Assembly (NCBI GenBank): GCA_016748015.1
Contig: JAAOMT010000577.1
Coordinates: 540,666-604,665, forward strand
DNA from: Geosiphon pyriformis uo1
Lineage: Eukaryota > Fungi > Glomeromycota
Reading direction: 5' to 3'
Length of the DNA: 64,000 nucleotides
Below the pieces are notes generated by a model. It saw only the letters and a list, made by a program, of their open reading frames with translations. It had not been told where the DNA came from and searched no databases. Positions 1 through 13,800 of this stretch are shown piece after piece; positions within the stretch are counted from its first letter, which is position 1, and every line of letters starts with the position of its first letter. The position numbers and the translations under genes are program-made.

Positions 1-3000
1 AGTGGAAATTTAATGTCAAGAATGCTGATAGAGTTAAATGGGAACAGTATAAGACTGCATCTTATGATAATTTTACCATGTTTTTCGATGAGTTTACAGG
101 TTCTTATTGTTTGTCTAATCTGGACAGCATGTGGAGTGTTGTTCATAAAGCCATTTGTTTCTCAGTAAATGAAGTTTTCTTGAAAACCTGGTCTAAAGAT
201 TTTGATGGTGGCTTTACCAAGTGTTCTTCCCACTATTATAGATTGAAACTTTTGGTTTCTAAGTTGGTGAAAGCTTCACATTCTGTGTCATCTAATGAGT
301 TTGTTTTCTTGTTAGATGTTTGGGTGTCTTTGAACTTTGTTAATACTACTGTTATCAAATTTTTTTTTCTTTTGGGATCTCATTTTGATGCTATTAGATC
401 AGCTTTGGCAAAGGTTAGAAAGTCTTATTATTCTCTCAAGATAATGGAATTGAAACATGTTAGGGACTCTCAAATCAGACTAGCAATTAACAAAAAGATG
501 GAAAACTTTGAGTTGAATAAAGACCAAACTATTAGGAGTATACTTGAGTGGCCATTTTGTAAAGTCACATTAGATCATCTAGTTGTGAATGAAAATCTTA
601 TTTTGGAGCCTGGTTTGGTTAAATTTCATGTCAATAGAATTATGGAGGACTGGACCAGAAAGCATGTGGTGGTTGACAATGTTTCAAATAAATGATGTTG
701 CCAATTTTAACTCTTGGAATATGTCTTTGATAGTGTTTTTTTGAATGTTATGCACCCAATTGAAGTGGAAGAATTTCTTAGTGTGATTTTGAGTTTGCCT
801 GATAATAAAGCTGTCGGCCTTTCTGGTATTATAAATGAACTATAAAAACATTACAACAGGTCTGTTCTGGATTCACTTTTGGCACTTTTAAACTCTTGTT
901 TGATTTGTGAATTTGTTCCAGGTCCTTGGAAGAAGACCTGGGTGTCTATAATTCCTAAACTTTATAACTGGAAGGGAGTTTTTATGAACACCTGACCCAT
1001 AGCACTGATTGAAACTGCCCATAAAATTCTTTCTAAGATCCTCTTTGATAGAATCTCTGTGGCATGTAATAAATATGACATTCTTCATAATAACAACTTT
1101 TCAGTTCTTAAAGATACAACAACACAGTCTCCTATTTTTGCTATTGGTTTGGTGATAGAAGATGCTTTAGAAAAAGATCGTGAACTTTGGTTAGTTTTGC
1201 AAAACATAAGGAAAGCATATAACTCAGTTGGTTGAAAACATCTGAGGAAAAGTTTGGTCAGAATCAAAATATACAGTAAATTCATAAGATTTTTTGAGAG
1301 TATTCACAATGACTGTATAAACAGAGTGATGACTGATTTTGGGCTGACTGATAGTTATAGTGTTCATAATGGCTTGGATCAGAGAGAAGTGTTTTCACTT
1401 CTCTTTTGGCGTATTTTTTACAACACTTTGCTGTGTAAAGTAAAAAGACAAAAAGCAGTGTGTAGTTATAGGCTGAATTTACATTATGTTGCCAAAACTG
1501 GTCACATAAATTCCCAAGATAGTTTGATCTCTTTTTTTGCTGCAGGTGTATTTGTTTATGATACTATATAAGTTGGTTTTAGTCAGATGGCTATACAACA
1601 CATTTTCAATGTTGTCAGTGAATTTTTCAGAATAAATGATATCTTGATCAACAATGACAAAACTGTAACAATCCTGATTAATTGCAGAGTGGTGGCTCTT
1701 TTTTTATCTGTCAGTGGTGCCCCTATTTCCATCATCAAAAAGGGGGTGTCTTACTAATATCTGAGTATTTTTCTTTCTTCTGATGAGTTATCTAAGTCTA
1801 GCTTGGCTAAAGCATATTTGAATGTTAGGTTTTTTGTCAATCTTGTTCTAAGGAAAGCAATTTCAGACAAACAGTTCTCTTACTTGGTTTCGACAGTTTT
1901 TTATCTTATCATTGGTTACAAGATTCAGTTTAGCTTTGTTTCTGCTAGTGTGTGCCAAAAGTGGAATGTTTTAATTCAAAAGGACTTGAAATTAAAATCA
2001 GGTCTGTTCCTGAACTTTCTTAACAATGTCTTGCACCATTTTTTATTTTATGGCTTAAAACTTTTAAGCAGATCAAAGCTGAAAGCAAGATTGCTGCTGT
2101 GGTATGTTTCACTAATTCTGTTGGGATTTTGGGCCAATTGTTCATGTATAAGTCACATGACTTACAGGTCTTGAGTTGGTGTCCTGTGCATCTCTTGTGT
2201 TCTCCAGTTTGCACTAGTGTTAATTCTTTGAACAACTTCTTGGTGGATGTAGTTTGAGTCTTTCTCAGTTTTGGTTTGTCTTTGGGCAATTTTATGTGTA
2301 ATGCTTTTCGCTTCTAATGTAAAACTCTTTTATCTAATATTCTTGGTGAGTTAATGTATTTCAGGTGTCTTCCCTCTATTTGTTGTTATAGAATTGCTTT
2401 TGTTGAGCAGCTTTGGTACCAGAATGGTGCTGTTTTTGACTGGAAAGCTTTTAAGCAGTAGAAAAGACTTGATCCACATGGTCCTGTTCCTGTCTGGTTT
2501 GTTACTGTTATTTGATATCTCCATGATTCTGGTTCTCTTGGTGCCTGCTTTTTCTCTCTGGATAATGCTGCTGTAGAAAACATTCTTAATTCTCATAAGT
2601 TTAGGTCTATGCATGATTGATTGTCTGGCATTGGTGCCTCTGGCTTTTTTGTGTACATAGATGGTTTTTTTTGTAGCTTGGGAAGTGTTAATATAAAAGC
2701 TGGTGCTGCTGTATTCTTTGAGGACATTAACTTAGATTTTGGGGTAAAAGTGACTGGCATAGTGTCTTCTATATTAGTGGAGCTTCAGGCCATTGCATTG
2801 GCCCTTGAGTGTGTGCCTAATTCGAGTTCAGTCTGTCTATTCTCTGACAGCCAAGCTGCTTTGGATGTGTGTAAAGCTGAATTATTGTGTTGGCTTTGGA
2901 TTTTTGGAACAAATGTTGAGTTGAACATCAGCATATTACTGGCATTATATGAAAAAGAAATTTGAATGTTGGCTGATATAAGATTAAAGAATACTTAGAT

Positions 3001-3879
3001 TTTTTGGGTAATGATCAGGCTGACTTGCTTGCTGGTATCTCTTCTCATTCAGGCTGGCTTCTTTTTCCTTGGCTCAAAAAATGCTTTGTTATGGCTAATG
3101 GCAGTATTGTTTTTGAAAACTCTAGACACTTTGTTCATAATGTTTTTTGGTCTATCTATTGTGCATACTGGGAATTAGGCTCTGGTGCCAAAATTGTGGA
3201 CAGTTGTCTGCTTACAGATATTAATTGGTTTAAATCATCTCTTGTTTGGCATCCTGACTCCTACATGGCTGCTGGCTTTACAAGTCACCACTCTGCTGGC
3301 TTTTGTTTCTATTTTATGAAAGCATTACATAATAGACTACTTGTTGCTGTTTGCAAATGCCTCTATGATAAACATTATTCCAGTGTAATGTGTCTGTATT
3401 GTAGTGATGTCGAAGTGTCAGATCATGTTTTTTTTTGTGCATTTGATGCTACTGTTTGGCTTTAATTGTTTGTTGATTTTGTTTTTGCTTGGAGAGCTAT
3501 TTCTGACCTATTCCATGCCTCCTCTTATGTATCACAAATGCTATCCAATTGTTTGACTAATTTGGAACTGGTTGCTTTATTGTGCAAAAGTTTTGTGCTC
3601 ATGGATTGGTACCAGCAAGCTGTTTTCTGTTTTGATAACTCTAAGACTGTGTCTGATAAGGTGGTTGAGTTTGTTCATAATTTGTGCCTGTTTTTTAAAA
3701 ATAATATTTGGCTGGTCTGCTCTAAACATCGTGCTTTTATGGAAAAACACAGTCTGATTTCTCATAATAGTTTAATTTTTGTCTCAGTGTTTGGTAGTAT
3801 GTCAACACTTTTGGCCCATGTGATTAGATTACTTGGTATTAATAATGCATTTGGTGTTAGCTTTGGGCTGCAGATATAG
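1..3879 (+). pseudogene. LINE ORF2 remnant (RT, RNase H, C-terminal zinc finger)
   Basis: ORF fragments 78-695, 1254-1571, 1803-2174, 2621-2965, 3004-3465 and 3466-3879 are colinear with the other ORF2 copies. RNase H motifs: VYIDG, ELQAIALAL, FSDSQAAL, GNDQAD. Confidence 0.9.
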
Positions 3880-4048
3880 GTAATTTTGTTTCTATGTATA
3901 TGGGTGTATAGTGTAGTCTTGGTTGGCTTGAATGGCTAATTACATGTAGAAAAAGCATGATTTACACCTAGTATAGATTATTATTTTGATGTATTGTCAC
4001 TAGACAGTATTTGAATTTTGCTCATTAAAATTAATTAAAAAAAAAAAA
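1..4048 (+). mobile_element. LINE (non-LTR retrotransposon) copy L-a, 5' part outside window; degenerate ORF2, 3' UTR and poly(A)
   Basis: RT motifs in broken frames (QNIRKAYNSV ~1200; GLDQREVFSLLFW ~1370; AAGVFVYDTI ~1540-1570 = FVDD box), RNase H, CLYC-x7-H-x3-C finger ~3390-3440, 3' UTR homologous to the other copies, A-run at 4037-4048. Confidence 0.92.
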
Positions 4049-5991
4049 CATAATAAAAAAAAAAACAAAATATTAGTATAAATATTATCTAATATTATAA
4101 TTTTTTCTAATAGTCAAGTGTTTTTAAATATTTATAATATTAAGTTAATATTAAAAAACTTTGATTTTTACAATAGCTGCTAAATTAAATAATATTATAT
4201 TAAAAACTTGATCAAATTTAAATATTTTTGTTAAATAAATAAAAATTAAAAACTATTTAATATTTTAAACAATAAACAAATTAATATATTGATTAATTTA
4301 ATTATGTTTTTAAAATTTATTTTTTTAGCAAATATTAAAAAAAAATTTTAATGATAATTAATTACATAATTTTTAATAATATATATTATTTTATTAAATA
4401 TATAAATTATATAATTAGACATTTTTTATAAAAGACTAATCTGAATTTTAAAGTTGTGAGTTTTTTACTTATTAGTAATATTAGTTTTAAGATTAATTTG
4501 TTTGGTTTTTTTTTTTATTACTATATTTTTAATCTATTTTCAAAAAAATCAAGTCTAGTATTTTTTATTATTACTAAAGTGTTTTTTAAATTTATTGTAT
4601 ATTTTCTTAAAAAACAAGGTATAAAATTAATGTTTAACATAGAAACAAAAACTAATAAACACAAAAAACAATATATAAAATAAAAACATATTTTTTAGTC
4701 ATATTATAAAAAAATTTGATTTAAAAATCAGAATTATTATAAAATAATTTCAAAAAACATATATTTAATTATATATATATATTAATTTTATTTCGATTTT
4801 TATTTAGATAAACTTTATCTTAAAAAAAACATTTTTAACTACTAATACTAATTCACTTTTTTTATTTATTTCATTAAAATAAATAAAGTTATTAAGTTGT
4901 ATAAATTAATAGTTTTTAAAATAAAATAATATTGTTAATTATAAATAAATTAAGAATAGCTAATATAAAAATCAAGATCATATTTTTTTTAAATCCAAAT
5001 AATTAACTATAAACAGCTTTATAAAAAAAGGCTTATAAATAAGACTTACTAACTGGTCAGTATAAGTTAGTTTAATATTGAATAACTAAATAAAATTTTT
5101 ACATAGAAACTTAGTTTTGTTAATTTTTATTCTTTAATTTATTAAAAACTAAAAATTATTAATATTAATATATAAATCTGAATTAAAAAATACAATACTT
5201 AAGTGTGGTTTTTTTGCAGAATATTTAAGTTTTATAAATAAAACAATATTTAAGAATATTGAAATTATAAGTACAATATACATAAATTAAAATTATTACT
5301 TAAAATCATAAATATTGTTTTAATATTTATGTTATAAGTTATAAAATTTTTATTTATTTTAGTTATTTTTATTAAAAAATTTTATAGTTTTTTTATTTGC
5401 AACTTCCATTTATCTTTATTTTTTTTTAGCTTTTTTACTTTTTTTTTAGATTTTTTTTCTCTTTTGTCCTTTTTTTTTTTGCTTTTTATTCATATTCTTT
5501 TTTTTTCGACTTTTTTTTTAATTCACTTAATTTATTTAGCTTTTTTACATATTTTTTATATTCAATTTTTATATTTTTTAATTCAAGTTTAATATTTTTA
5601 ATACTTATTATATTGTTTTGGGTATATATTATAGTGTGAAAAAATAAGGCATTAATATATATTTGGTTTATACCAATAATATTTCAGATTTTTAATTTAT
5701 TTGTATAAATTTACTATTTAAATAATAAACTCACTTTTGTTAAATTATTATAATAATTAAAGTTTTTATTCTCTGTTATATGTCTATATAATATAATTAA
5801 ATAAATATATTATATAATAATTATTAAATTATTTTTGTTTTTTTAAATTAATTATTATTATTGTTTTATATATTTTAATATTAAATAAAATTTGTTTTAT
5901 TATTTTAAAATAAAAATAATTTTAAGTTTTAAAATTGAAAAAAATTAAATCAGTATTAAATATATTTTTATTATTATTTTATATATATATA

Positions 5992-8302
5992 TTTTTTTTT
6001 TATTATGTTTTAACAAAGTGTGATCAAATACCATCTAATACACTGTGTCACTATAAGATTACAAATTAGATATGTTTCATGCTCTTTCTACATGTGACCA
6101 ACTACCCAAGTCAGTTAAAGCACCAACTAAAGTGAAACAAAAAAAGCCGGAAGGAAACCCAGCTTACCAAGTCTCTCAATAACACCATTCAAATTTTTAG
6201 AATTGAAAATAAATTTACTAAAAAACAATCTAGTTTTTTCACTGCTATCTTTAACTTTAGAACTACACATTTGCCACAAAGCAACTGCATAGTCAACTGT
6301 GTCTTCACTCAATAGAAAAGCCTTGGCAACACCAATATTATTTTCATTAAGATTACCAAACCCTACTTTAGCCTTAAGATTGGCAAAATCTTTAGACACA
6401 CCAACCAAAAGATCAACAAAGCCCTTGGAGGCATTACATATAGTCAAAAGATCTTTTTCAACCTTTAGAGTCTTGGCAGCATTGTTATTCAGAAGAATAG
6501 TAACCAAAGTAACCAAAGAACCAATTGGCTCAATAACAGACTTAACCAAAGCAGTCAGATCCAAAATCTGTTTTTCCATAGAATTTAACCTAAGCTCAAT
6601 AGCAGAGTTAACAACAGAAGCAGCAGTGAATGCAGCAAGTGGAGAAGCCAGCAGATCAGAGACCACCAAAAGAAAAAATCCAGAACCACTTAAAGTGGCT
6701 GAAGCTTTAGCATAAGAGACATTACTCACAAAATAGAAATTGAACACTCTGGGAGTCTTGAAAGGAGAAGGCAAAGACATTTTACAGTCAACAGCCAGAT
6801 GGCCAGTCTTTTGGCACCTAAAACAGCACTTACAACCAGGAGTTTTTCACCAGATACAGCACTTTCTCAGTGTACCAGTTTTAATAACAGCAAAATCCAA
6901 TTCAGCTTGAGAGCCAAATGTCACCAAAACAAATTGGAAACAATGACCAAAATCAGGAGACTGAGGAATAAAACAAGTTTGACCACCAACTTGAGAAATC
7001 ATATTACTGATTTCAAAGGCAGTGCAACCAGAAAGAAGGTTGACCAACTTGGCCTTAAATCTATTATGAGACACAATTGCTTCTTGTTGATTTACAAGAG
7101 AAAGAATCCAAACACTATCTTTGCCCACCAAAACTGACCAGTAATTAAAGGCAGATGTGACAGCAACCAAATTCTTAAAATAAACCACCACATATTGCCA
7201 AATGCTAGCAGGCTTCAGCACAACACAAGTAACCACACCAAAAACACTGAGATTTTTTTTAATGTCAGCAGCAGATACATCTAGGAACATATCATGTAGC
7301 ACAACAGCAGCAAAAGGAGAACCAGACTCAGAAACCACCAAAGATTTGGCAATTTTAAGAGTGGCCAAATGTACAGAGCTTGTAAGCTCAACCAAAAATG
7401 CAGCTTTCAAAGAAACTTGAGAAGCAAACTCTATACAAAACAGCTTTACACTGTCTTTTGATACTGACTTTGTACCCAAAAAACCATCTACTGACTGAAA
7501 AACAGTTTTAACATGAGCCAATTTGATCTTAAAAGTAGCACCAGACACCAGAGTGGAGGCCATCCACCCAGCAAACCTTTGACAACTAGTAATAGTTTCC
7601 CAAGCACCACCAGAAGTAGCACCAAAAACTAGAGAAAGAGATGAATCAGTTTTCATTTGATCAGCTGAATTCCCAAGAACAGGTGATCCAACAGGAAGAA
7701 ATTGCTTTAATTCTAAAACCAGTGATAATCTACTGGAAGACACCACATTTGGCAGCACAGCCAGTGGTTAATCTTGGCCTATTTTGAATGACGTGCTGGA
7801 TAATACTATAAAAATTTCATTGTGAACCACAAAAAGGTTTGGTGTAACAATAGCAGAGGCAAGCAACTGCCCCCACTTTTCTGAACTTTTGGTCTTTTTG
7901 ACTATTTTTTTTAAAGAGATGATACTAGAAACACCAGGTGTTGAATCTATAGAGAGAAAGATCAGCTTATTAACTGGTCTATTATTAAAAACTTTTGGGC
8001 TCTTAGTTAAAGTGGAGACAACACTGAGACTAACCCAAGTGTGTCTCTTTGAGGGAACTTTGACTGGTGAGAAACCAGCCAAAGATAAGAAAGTTGCTTC
8101 AGTAGCTATCAAAGACAGCTTATCACAATTACTGAGTAATAGAAAGACTTCTAAAACGTTCTACCTAGTTGCTTCTACAATAGAGAGAGCTTTTCTGATT
8201 GAAATTTTATTAGATATCTCAGGACAGATATCAGGTGCAGCTTTTTTACTCTTTGCTTTGGTCATGGTCATAAAATTAAAGAAACAAAGAGTTTTTTATT
8301 TT
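5992..8302 (-). mobile_element. Non-autonomous ORF1-only LINE-like element with LINE 3' tail and poly(A), flanked by (TA)n
   Basis: A single ORF1-like frame is followed directly by ~130 bp (6126-5992) matching the 3' UTR of the full LINEs (ttggtcacatgtagaaagagcatga...ctttgttaaaacataataaaaaaaaa). TA repeats lie at 5981-5991 and 8303-8316. Confidence 0.85.
6127..8271 (-). pseudogene. LINE ORF1-like nucleic-acid-binding protein (~714 codons, three in-frame stops, no frameshift)
   Basis: ATG at 8271 (MTMTKAKSKK). Track ORFs 7768-8112, 6847-7758 and 6127-6780 are all in this frame. RRM-like segments, CCHC knuckle CFRCQKTGHLAVDC (~6785-6826), coiled-coil-like C-terminal part. Confidence 0.85.
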
Positions 8303-8798
8303 TATATATATATATAACTTTATATGAATTTCAAATTTATTAAATAAGTTATATATTTAATTTATAAATAAAACAAATTTAATTAAAACTTAAAATATGT
8401 AACAAAAATATTACTAGTATATTTTTTATAAATAAATAATAATTTAAACTTATATTAAACAATATAAATTAAAAAAACTATTTGTTTTTATTTTATTTAA
8501 GTATATAACAATTTTTTATTTTAAATATATTTATATATTAAAGTTTAATAACTTTTATATTAATACTTTATATTTTTTACAAAATTATTAATTAATTATT
8601 TTTATTTTTATTAATAAATTTATTATTTTTATTATTTAAAAGACATATATTATAGTTTTGTGAATTTTTAAACAACAAAATAATTATAATAATACTTTTA
8701 ATTTAAAATTTTTTTTGTATTTTTAATAATTAATAAAAAAATAATTTAAATTATTAAAATACTAATAAATTTAATTATAAATTTATTAAACAAGTAAA

Positions 8799-8892
8799 TT
8801 TTTTTTATTTATAAGTAAAGTTCAATTATTATTTAATATAATATAACTATTTAAAATTCTAAATTAAATATAATTTATGCACTTGCTATATA
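8799..8892 (-). mobile_element. Distal 3' UTR and poly(A) of LINE L-c, separated from its body by L-b
   Basis: Reverse complement (tatagcaagtgcataaattatatttaatttagaatt...gaactttacttataaataaaaaaaa) aligns to the distal 3' UTR of the other copies and starts where the 15691 fragment stops. Confidence 0.7.
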
Positions 8893-9034
8893 CAATAAAT
8901 AATTTTTTTAACTTTTTTTTTTATCAATTTTTTGGCCACAACAGAAGCAAAGATTTATCAAAAATTTAATTAGTCTTTTTTTTTTTCTTTTGTATCTCTT
9001 TAATTATTTCTTTTAATTTTTTTTTTTTGTTGTA

Positions 9035-10895
9035 ATAGAACCAGTAGACTCTTCTGTTAGTAGTTTTAGATTTAGGTTTAGCTGGTTTGAGAACCAACTT
9101 AAATGCTAAAAAATAATATGTAGAAAGTGTTTATTTTTACATTGTATTTCATAAAAAACTGAAAAAGTCTGATGTAAATATTAGTATAGTTAACTTGTCT
9201 ACTGGTCTTTTAAGTTATAATGATATTAATGTTTCTAATAAAAAATCTGTAGTGTTTTAAAGTAACAAAACTAATAGCAAAGCCAGTAGTATCAACAGTT
9301 TATTGGATGTAAAAAATATAAAAAATATGGTTGCCAAAAAAATTAGCTATGCAAATTCAAATAATTTAATAGTCAACAATAATATGAATAATACTACATT
9401 GCAAAAAACTTACACTCAAACATATGTATTGGGTTACTTACCAAAAATCTTTTCATTTGTAGATTTAAGCAATAATAATGACATTTTATTACTTTTATTA
9501 CCTAAGTTTAATGGCTTTAAGCAACTCTTATTGATTAGATTATGTGTGTCAGAAAAATAAAGTTTTAATTTGGCAAAGTTTTTTGTATTAGATATTAAGT
9601 TGTTCACTGTTTTTAACAAAACTAATAGTGATAAATTATTATATGTAAAAAAAAATTTTTATTATGTGGATGGTTTTGGAGAAGCTTCTATTCTCTTAAA
9701 GTTTTCGGAAATAATTAAATTTTTTTTCACACCTAAGTTAAATTTGAAAAAGACTAGGGAGATAACTGTTAGTAAGAAAATTTTAGTTAATAATAATGTA
9801 AAAAAAACAAACAGCTACACAAATTAAATGATAATTGTCAAGAAAATTCTAGTAGATTTTTTCAAATTATCAGTAAAATCAGTTTTTTCCAAAGTTGGCA
9901 AAATTACTTTAATTAAAATACAGTTTATTGGTTTATGACAAAAAACTCTAATAGAATTTGAGTCATTAGATGTTGTTAGTTTGATTGTATCTAAGTAGTC
10001 TGTTATCATAAAAAAAAATTTTGTACATATGACTTTGGTAATTAGTAATAAACAATTATGGGTTTCAAAAAATCTTCATTGAGCTTTATTGTATATTCTG
10101 CTAATTGGCATTACTGTTCATAACTTTTCTAATTTGTTGAAATTATACAGTAAAAAAACTTGTTCTATTAGCCACAATTCTAGTTTATATGTACATAATA
10201 GATGTGTTATGGTTTGTTTTGTTAATAAAGCATCTAAAAAAACTGCTATTAGTTCTATTCTAGTTTTCAAGAATGTGAATTTGTATTAGGCTGGCCTTTT
10301 TTTGGCCTGTTGTGCTCAATATAAACAATTTGATCATGTTTTTGGTATATGTTTAGTGAATAAGAATTTGGATAATTACAGAAAATAATTAGTCACCTTT
10401 TAGAATTAAATAAGTTTGGTAAATATATATAGAAAAAAACAGACATTAATTGCTTGTCTAGTTTTATTTGGTAAAAAGATTTAGGTTTAAATTGCTAGTA
10501 GTTCTACTTTTCATGTAGTGTTTTTAGTTTTTCTACTGGGTTTTTTAAATATAAATAATAAGTTTGTCACTTTTAAATACAGTTTCACTAATCTTATAGA
10601 GCAAATTAACAAGCTGGCTAAAAGATTAGATGCACTTGGGCCAATAATTTCTCAGCTTAGCTCTAAATATTAGCTGTTAGTAATTTTTTTATTATAGAAT
10701 TAAGAGGTGGATATAGTAATAAGTGAGAATTTAGGTGTATTTACTAGTGGTAAAACTATTATAAAAGCAGTATTTATAAATTTATCTGTAGTTTTTAAAT
10801 TGAAGGACAGTTTGATAAGTCTTTTAGATATAGTTATAGACCTTTTGGCCAAAATAGACAATCTTGTTTTGGGGTCAAAATTTTTTTCTTATTAA
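9035..10895 (+). pseudogene. LINE ORF1 remnant (L-b)
   Basis: Begins ATA-GAA-CCA-GTA like L-d; fragments 9303-9560, 9570-9827, 10089-10289 and 10707-10895 are homologous to L-d ORF1; decayed CCHC knuckle ~10310-10352. Confidence 0.8.
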
Positions 10896-13800
10896 TTGTT
10901 TAAAAGTTTGCTATATATAATGTTAAAAATATTAATGTTTCTATTAAGCAGAAGAATATTGTTTATTGGTATATAAATTCAGATAATATGGTTTCTATTA
11001 TTACAAAAACAAAATTAAAATCTAGTATTAGGCCTTAAATTGTAGACAAATTTGATAAAATGTGAATTTTTACATCTGGTTTAGATAAAGGCTTTTTTGA
11101 AACTAAAATAATGATTATTATAAACAATTTTTTAACTTAGTATATTTCTAAAATAAAAAAAGTTCTTGATTAAGTTGTTTCTGTATAGCTTTTTTTCAAA
11201 AACAAGTTTTCAGTTATGATTCTTAGTTTGTATACTGGTGTTTTTGCTAAGATCAGATTTGGTTTAGCTTTAAAAGTTAACTTTTTTATAGATAAAGCAG
11301 TTAACTTTAACAGTTTTGTGGTTTTGGATGAAAATTTTAACAAAGATAGATCTTAGAAAAATGCGAGTTTCAAGTTTTGTTTAGATTTAGATTTGGTCAA
11401 TGCATTTGATAGGAATATATTGGTTAATGTTTCTACTTAAAACAATTTAAAAAGTGTTAAGAAGATTATTGATTACATTTTTGTAAGTAAAAATTAGTTG
11501 TCTGCAATTATTGATTATAAGATTAAATTTATATCTGAATTTTTTAATATTAATTACAAAGCTGTTTCATTTTTGATTGGTTTGGATGAACTTTTGAATG
11601 TTTAATTGAATAGCATAAGAAAGCAGTCTAACAAAAATTACTAAAAATTCAGAATAAAAAATACAGATAAAATCAAGTAGACTTATTTTAAGAAGTGTTC
11701 TTCTAATAAATTGTCAACTTTAACAGATATGTTTATAAAAATGGAGATTTCTGGAAATTTGGATTTAATGTAAAAGATGTTAAAAAAAGTAATGATAGAT
11801 TTGGCTAATAAATTTTTTCTAGATATTGGTTCAGTATTTTTGATTGCTCAAGAAACAAACAGTCATCAAAATTTTTTAAGTTAGAATTGCTGACTGCTAA
11901 AATGGCTAAGACTTTAAGATTAAGAAATGTGTCTAAGTTGTAATTTTTATTTTACACTTGGTTGGCTATTGATAAAAACAAAGCTTTAAAATACAAGACT
12001 TAATTCAAAATAGCATTAAGTCAATAAAAATTTTTAGCTGTTTGTCTGATATATAAAAAAGTTATTGCAAGTCCAAAATACATGAATTTAAAACTTTTGA
12101 AAATATTGCTATTAGGTGTAGAATCAAAAAAAAAATGGGAAACCTTTGTTCAAACAAAAGATACATAATTAAAAGTATATTAGAAAAGTCTTTTCATAAG
12201 ATAGTGTTCGATTATTTAGTGGTTAATAATAAGCTGGTTCTGAAATCTGAGAATATTAAAATTAAGATTAATACTATTATAGAAGATTAGACCAGAAAGT
12301 ATGTGGTTCTTAAGTCTTTGTCTGGACTTTAAGTTAATTAATATGTTTCTTTGAACTATATAAACAATAATGTATTTTTAAATATTATAAAAATTATCAA
12401 TTCTAGAGAGTTGGTACAAATGGTCAAAAATTTGCCAAATAAAAAAGCTGCTAATTTAAATAGTATTTTTAATAAGCTGTAGAAACATTGTGATAATAAT
12501 ATTCTTAAGTGTTTTTTAGGTCTTTTGAATATATATTTAATTTTGAATATGGTTTGGCTCTATATAAAAGAGTATGGGTTTTAATAATTCTTAAGTTTTA
12601 TGATTAGAATAAAATTTTAACAAACACTTGACTTATTGTTTTAATTGAGATGGCCAAAAAAAATTTTTCTAAGATTCTTTTAAATCAAATTTTTTTTATC
12701 TACAGCTATTTTGGTGTGTTTTATAAAGACAACTTTTCTGTCTTAAAAAATACTTTAACACAATCACTTATTTTTACTGTTAGGTTTGTGATTAAAGATA
12801 GTTTAAAAAATAACAAAAAAATTTGGTTGGTTTTGCAGAACATGTAAAAAGCATATAACTTTATTGGCTAAACTTATTTAAAAGCTAATTTGTAATGTAT
12901 TAAAATATGCAAAAAGTTTATTGGTTTTTTTGATATTATTTATGAAGATAAAATAATTAAAATAATAACAAATTTTGGTCTTTCTGGTGATTATTAGATG
13001 CATAATAATCTGAGTTAGGGTGAAATGTTCTTTCCTTTTCTTTAAATGATTTTTTATTACCTTCTCTTGTGTGAGATAAATTAACATAAATATTTGTGTA
13101 AATACTGTATTAACACTAGTTTTGTGATTAAGACAGATAAAATTAAGGCCAAGAGTAAAAAAACTTTTTTTTTGCAGTTGGTGCTTTCATCAATGACATT
13201 ATCTGAATTGGAAACAGTCAGGCATCTACACAATATATATTAAACATTGCCAGTAAATTTTTTTTGATCAATAATATTTTAATTAACAATGATAAAACCA
13301 TAACTATTCCTATTAATTACAAAGTTAAGAATGTCATTTTAAAGATCAATGGTTTGCTGATTTCAATTGCCAAGAATAGTGAGCCATATAAGTACTTGGT
13401 AATTTTTTTGTTAACTAAAGATTTATTCAGATCTAGTTTGGTTAAAGCTTATTCTGATGTTAAATTTTTCTCTAATATGGTGTTGAAAAAAGTGATTACT
13501 AATAAACAGTTTTTATATTTGGTATTAGCAATTTTACAATCTATTGTTGGCTATTGATCACAATTTAGTTTTGTTTTATCTAATATATGTCACAAATAGG
13601 ATATAATGATCAAGAAAAATCTCAAGCTAAAGACTAATTTGCCAAGAAATTTTTCCAATAAGGCTTTGCATTATTTAGCTTTGTATAATTTAAAGCCTTT
13701 TAACCAGATTTAGGCTAAAAAGAAGTTAGCTTCATTGGTTATTTTTTCTAATGTTTTTGATATTCTTGGATATCTATTCAAATACAGATTTTTGGATTTG

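Noticed and set aside
5981-8316. Strict (TA)n target specificity for the LINE group
   Set aside because: Fits the ORF1-only element and L-b but not L-d (ctttct), and TA runs are common in this background.
6299-8317. Plus-strand ORFs 6299-6715, 6799-7137, 7202-7420 and 7889-8317
   Set aside because: Antisense shadows of the ORF1 frame with no independent motifs.
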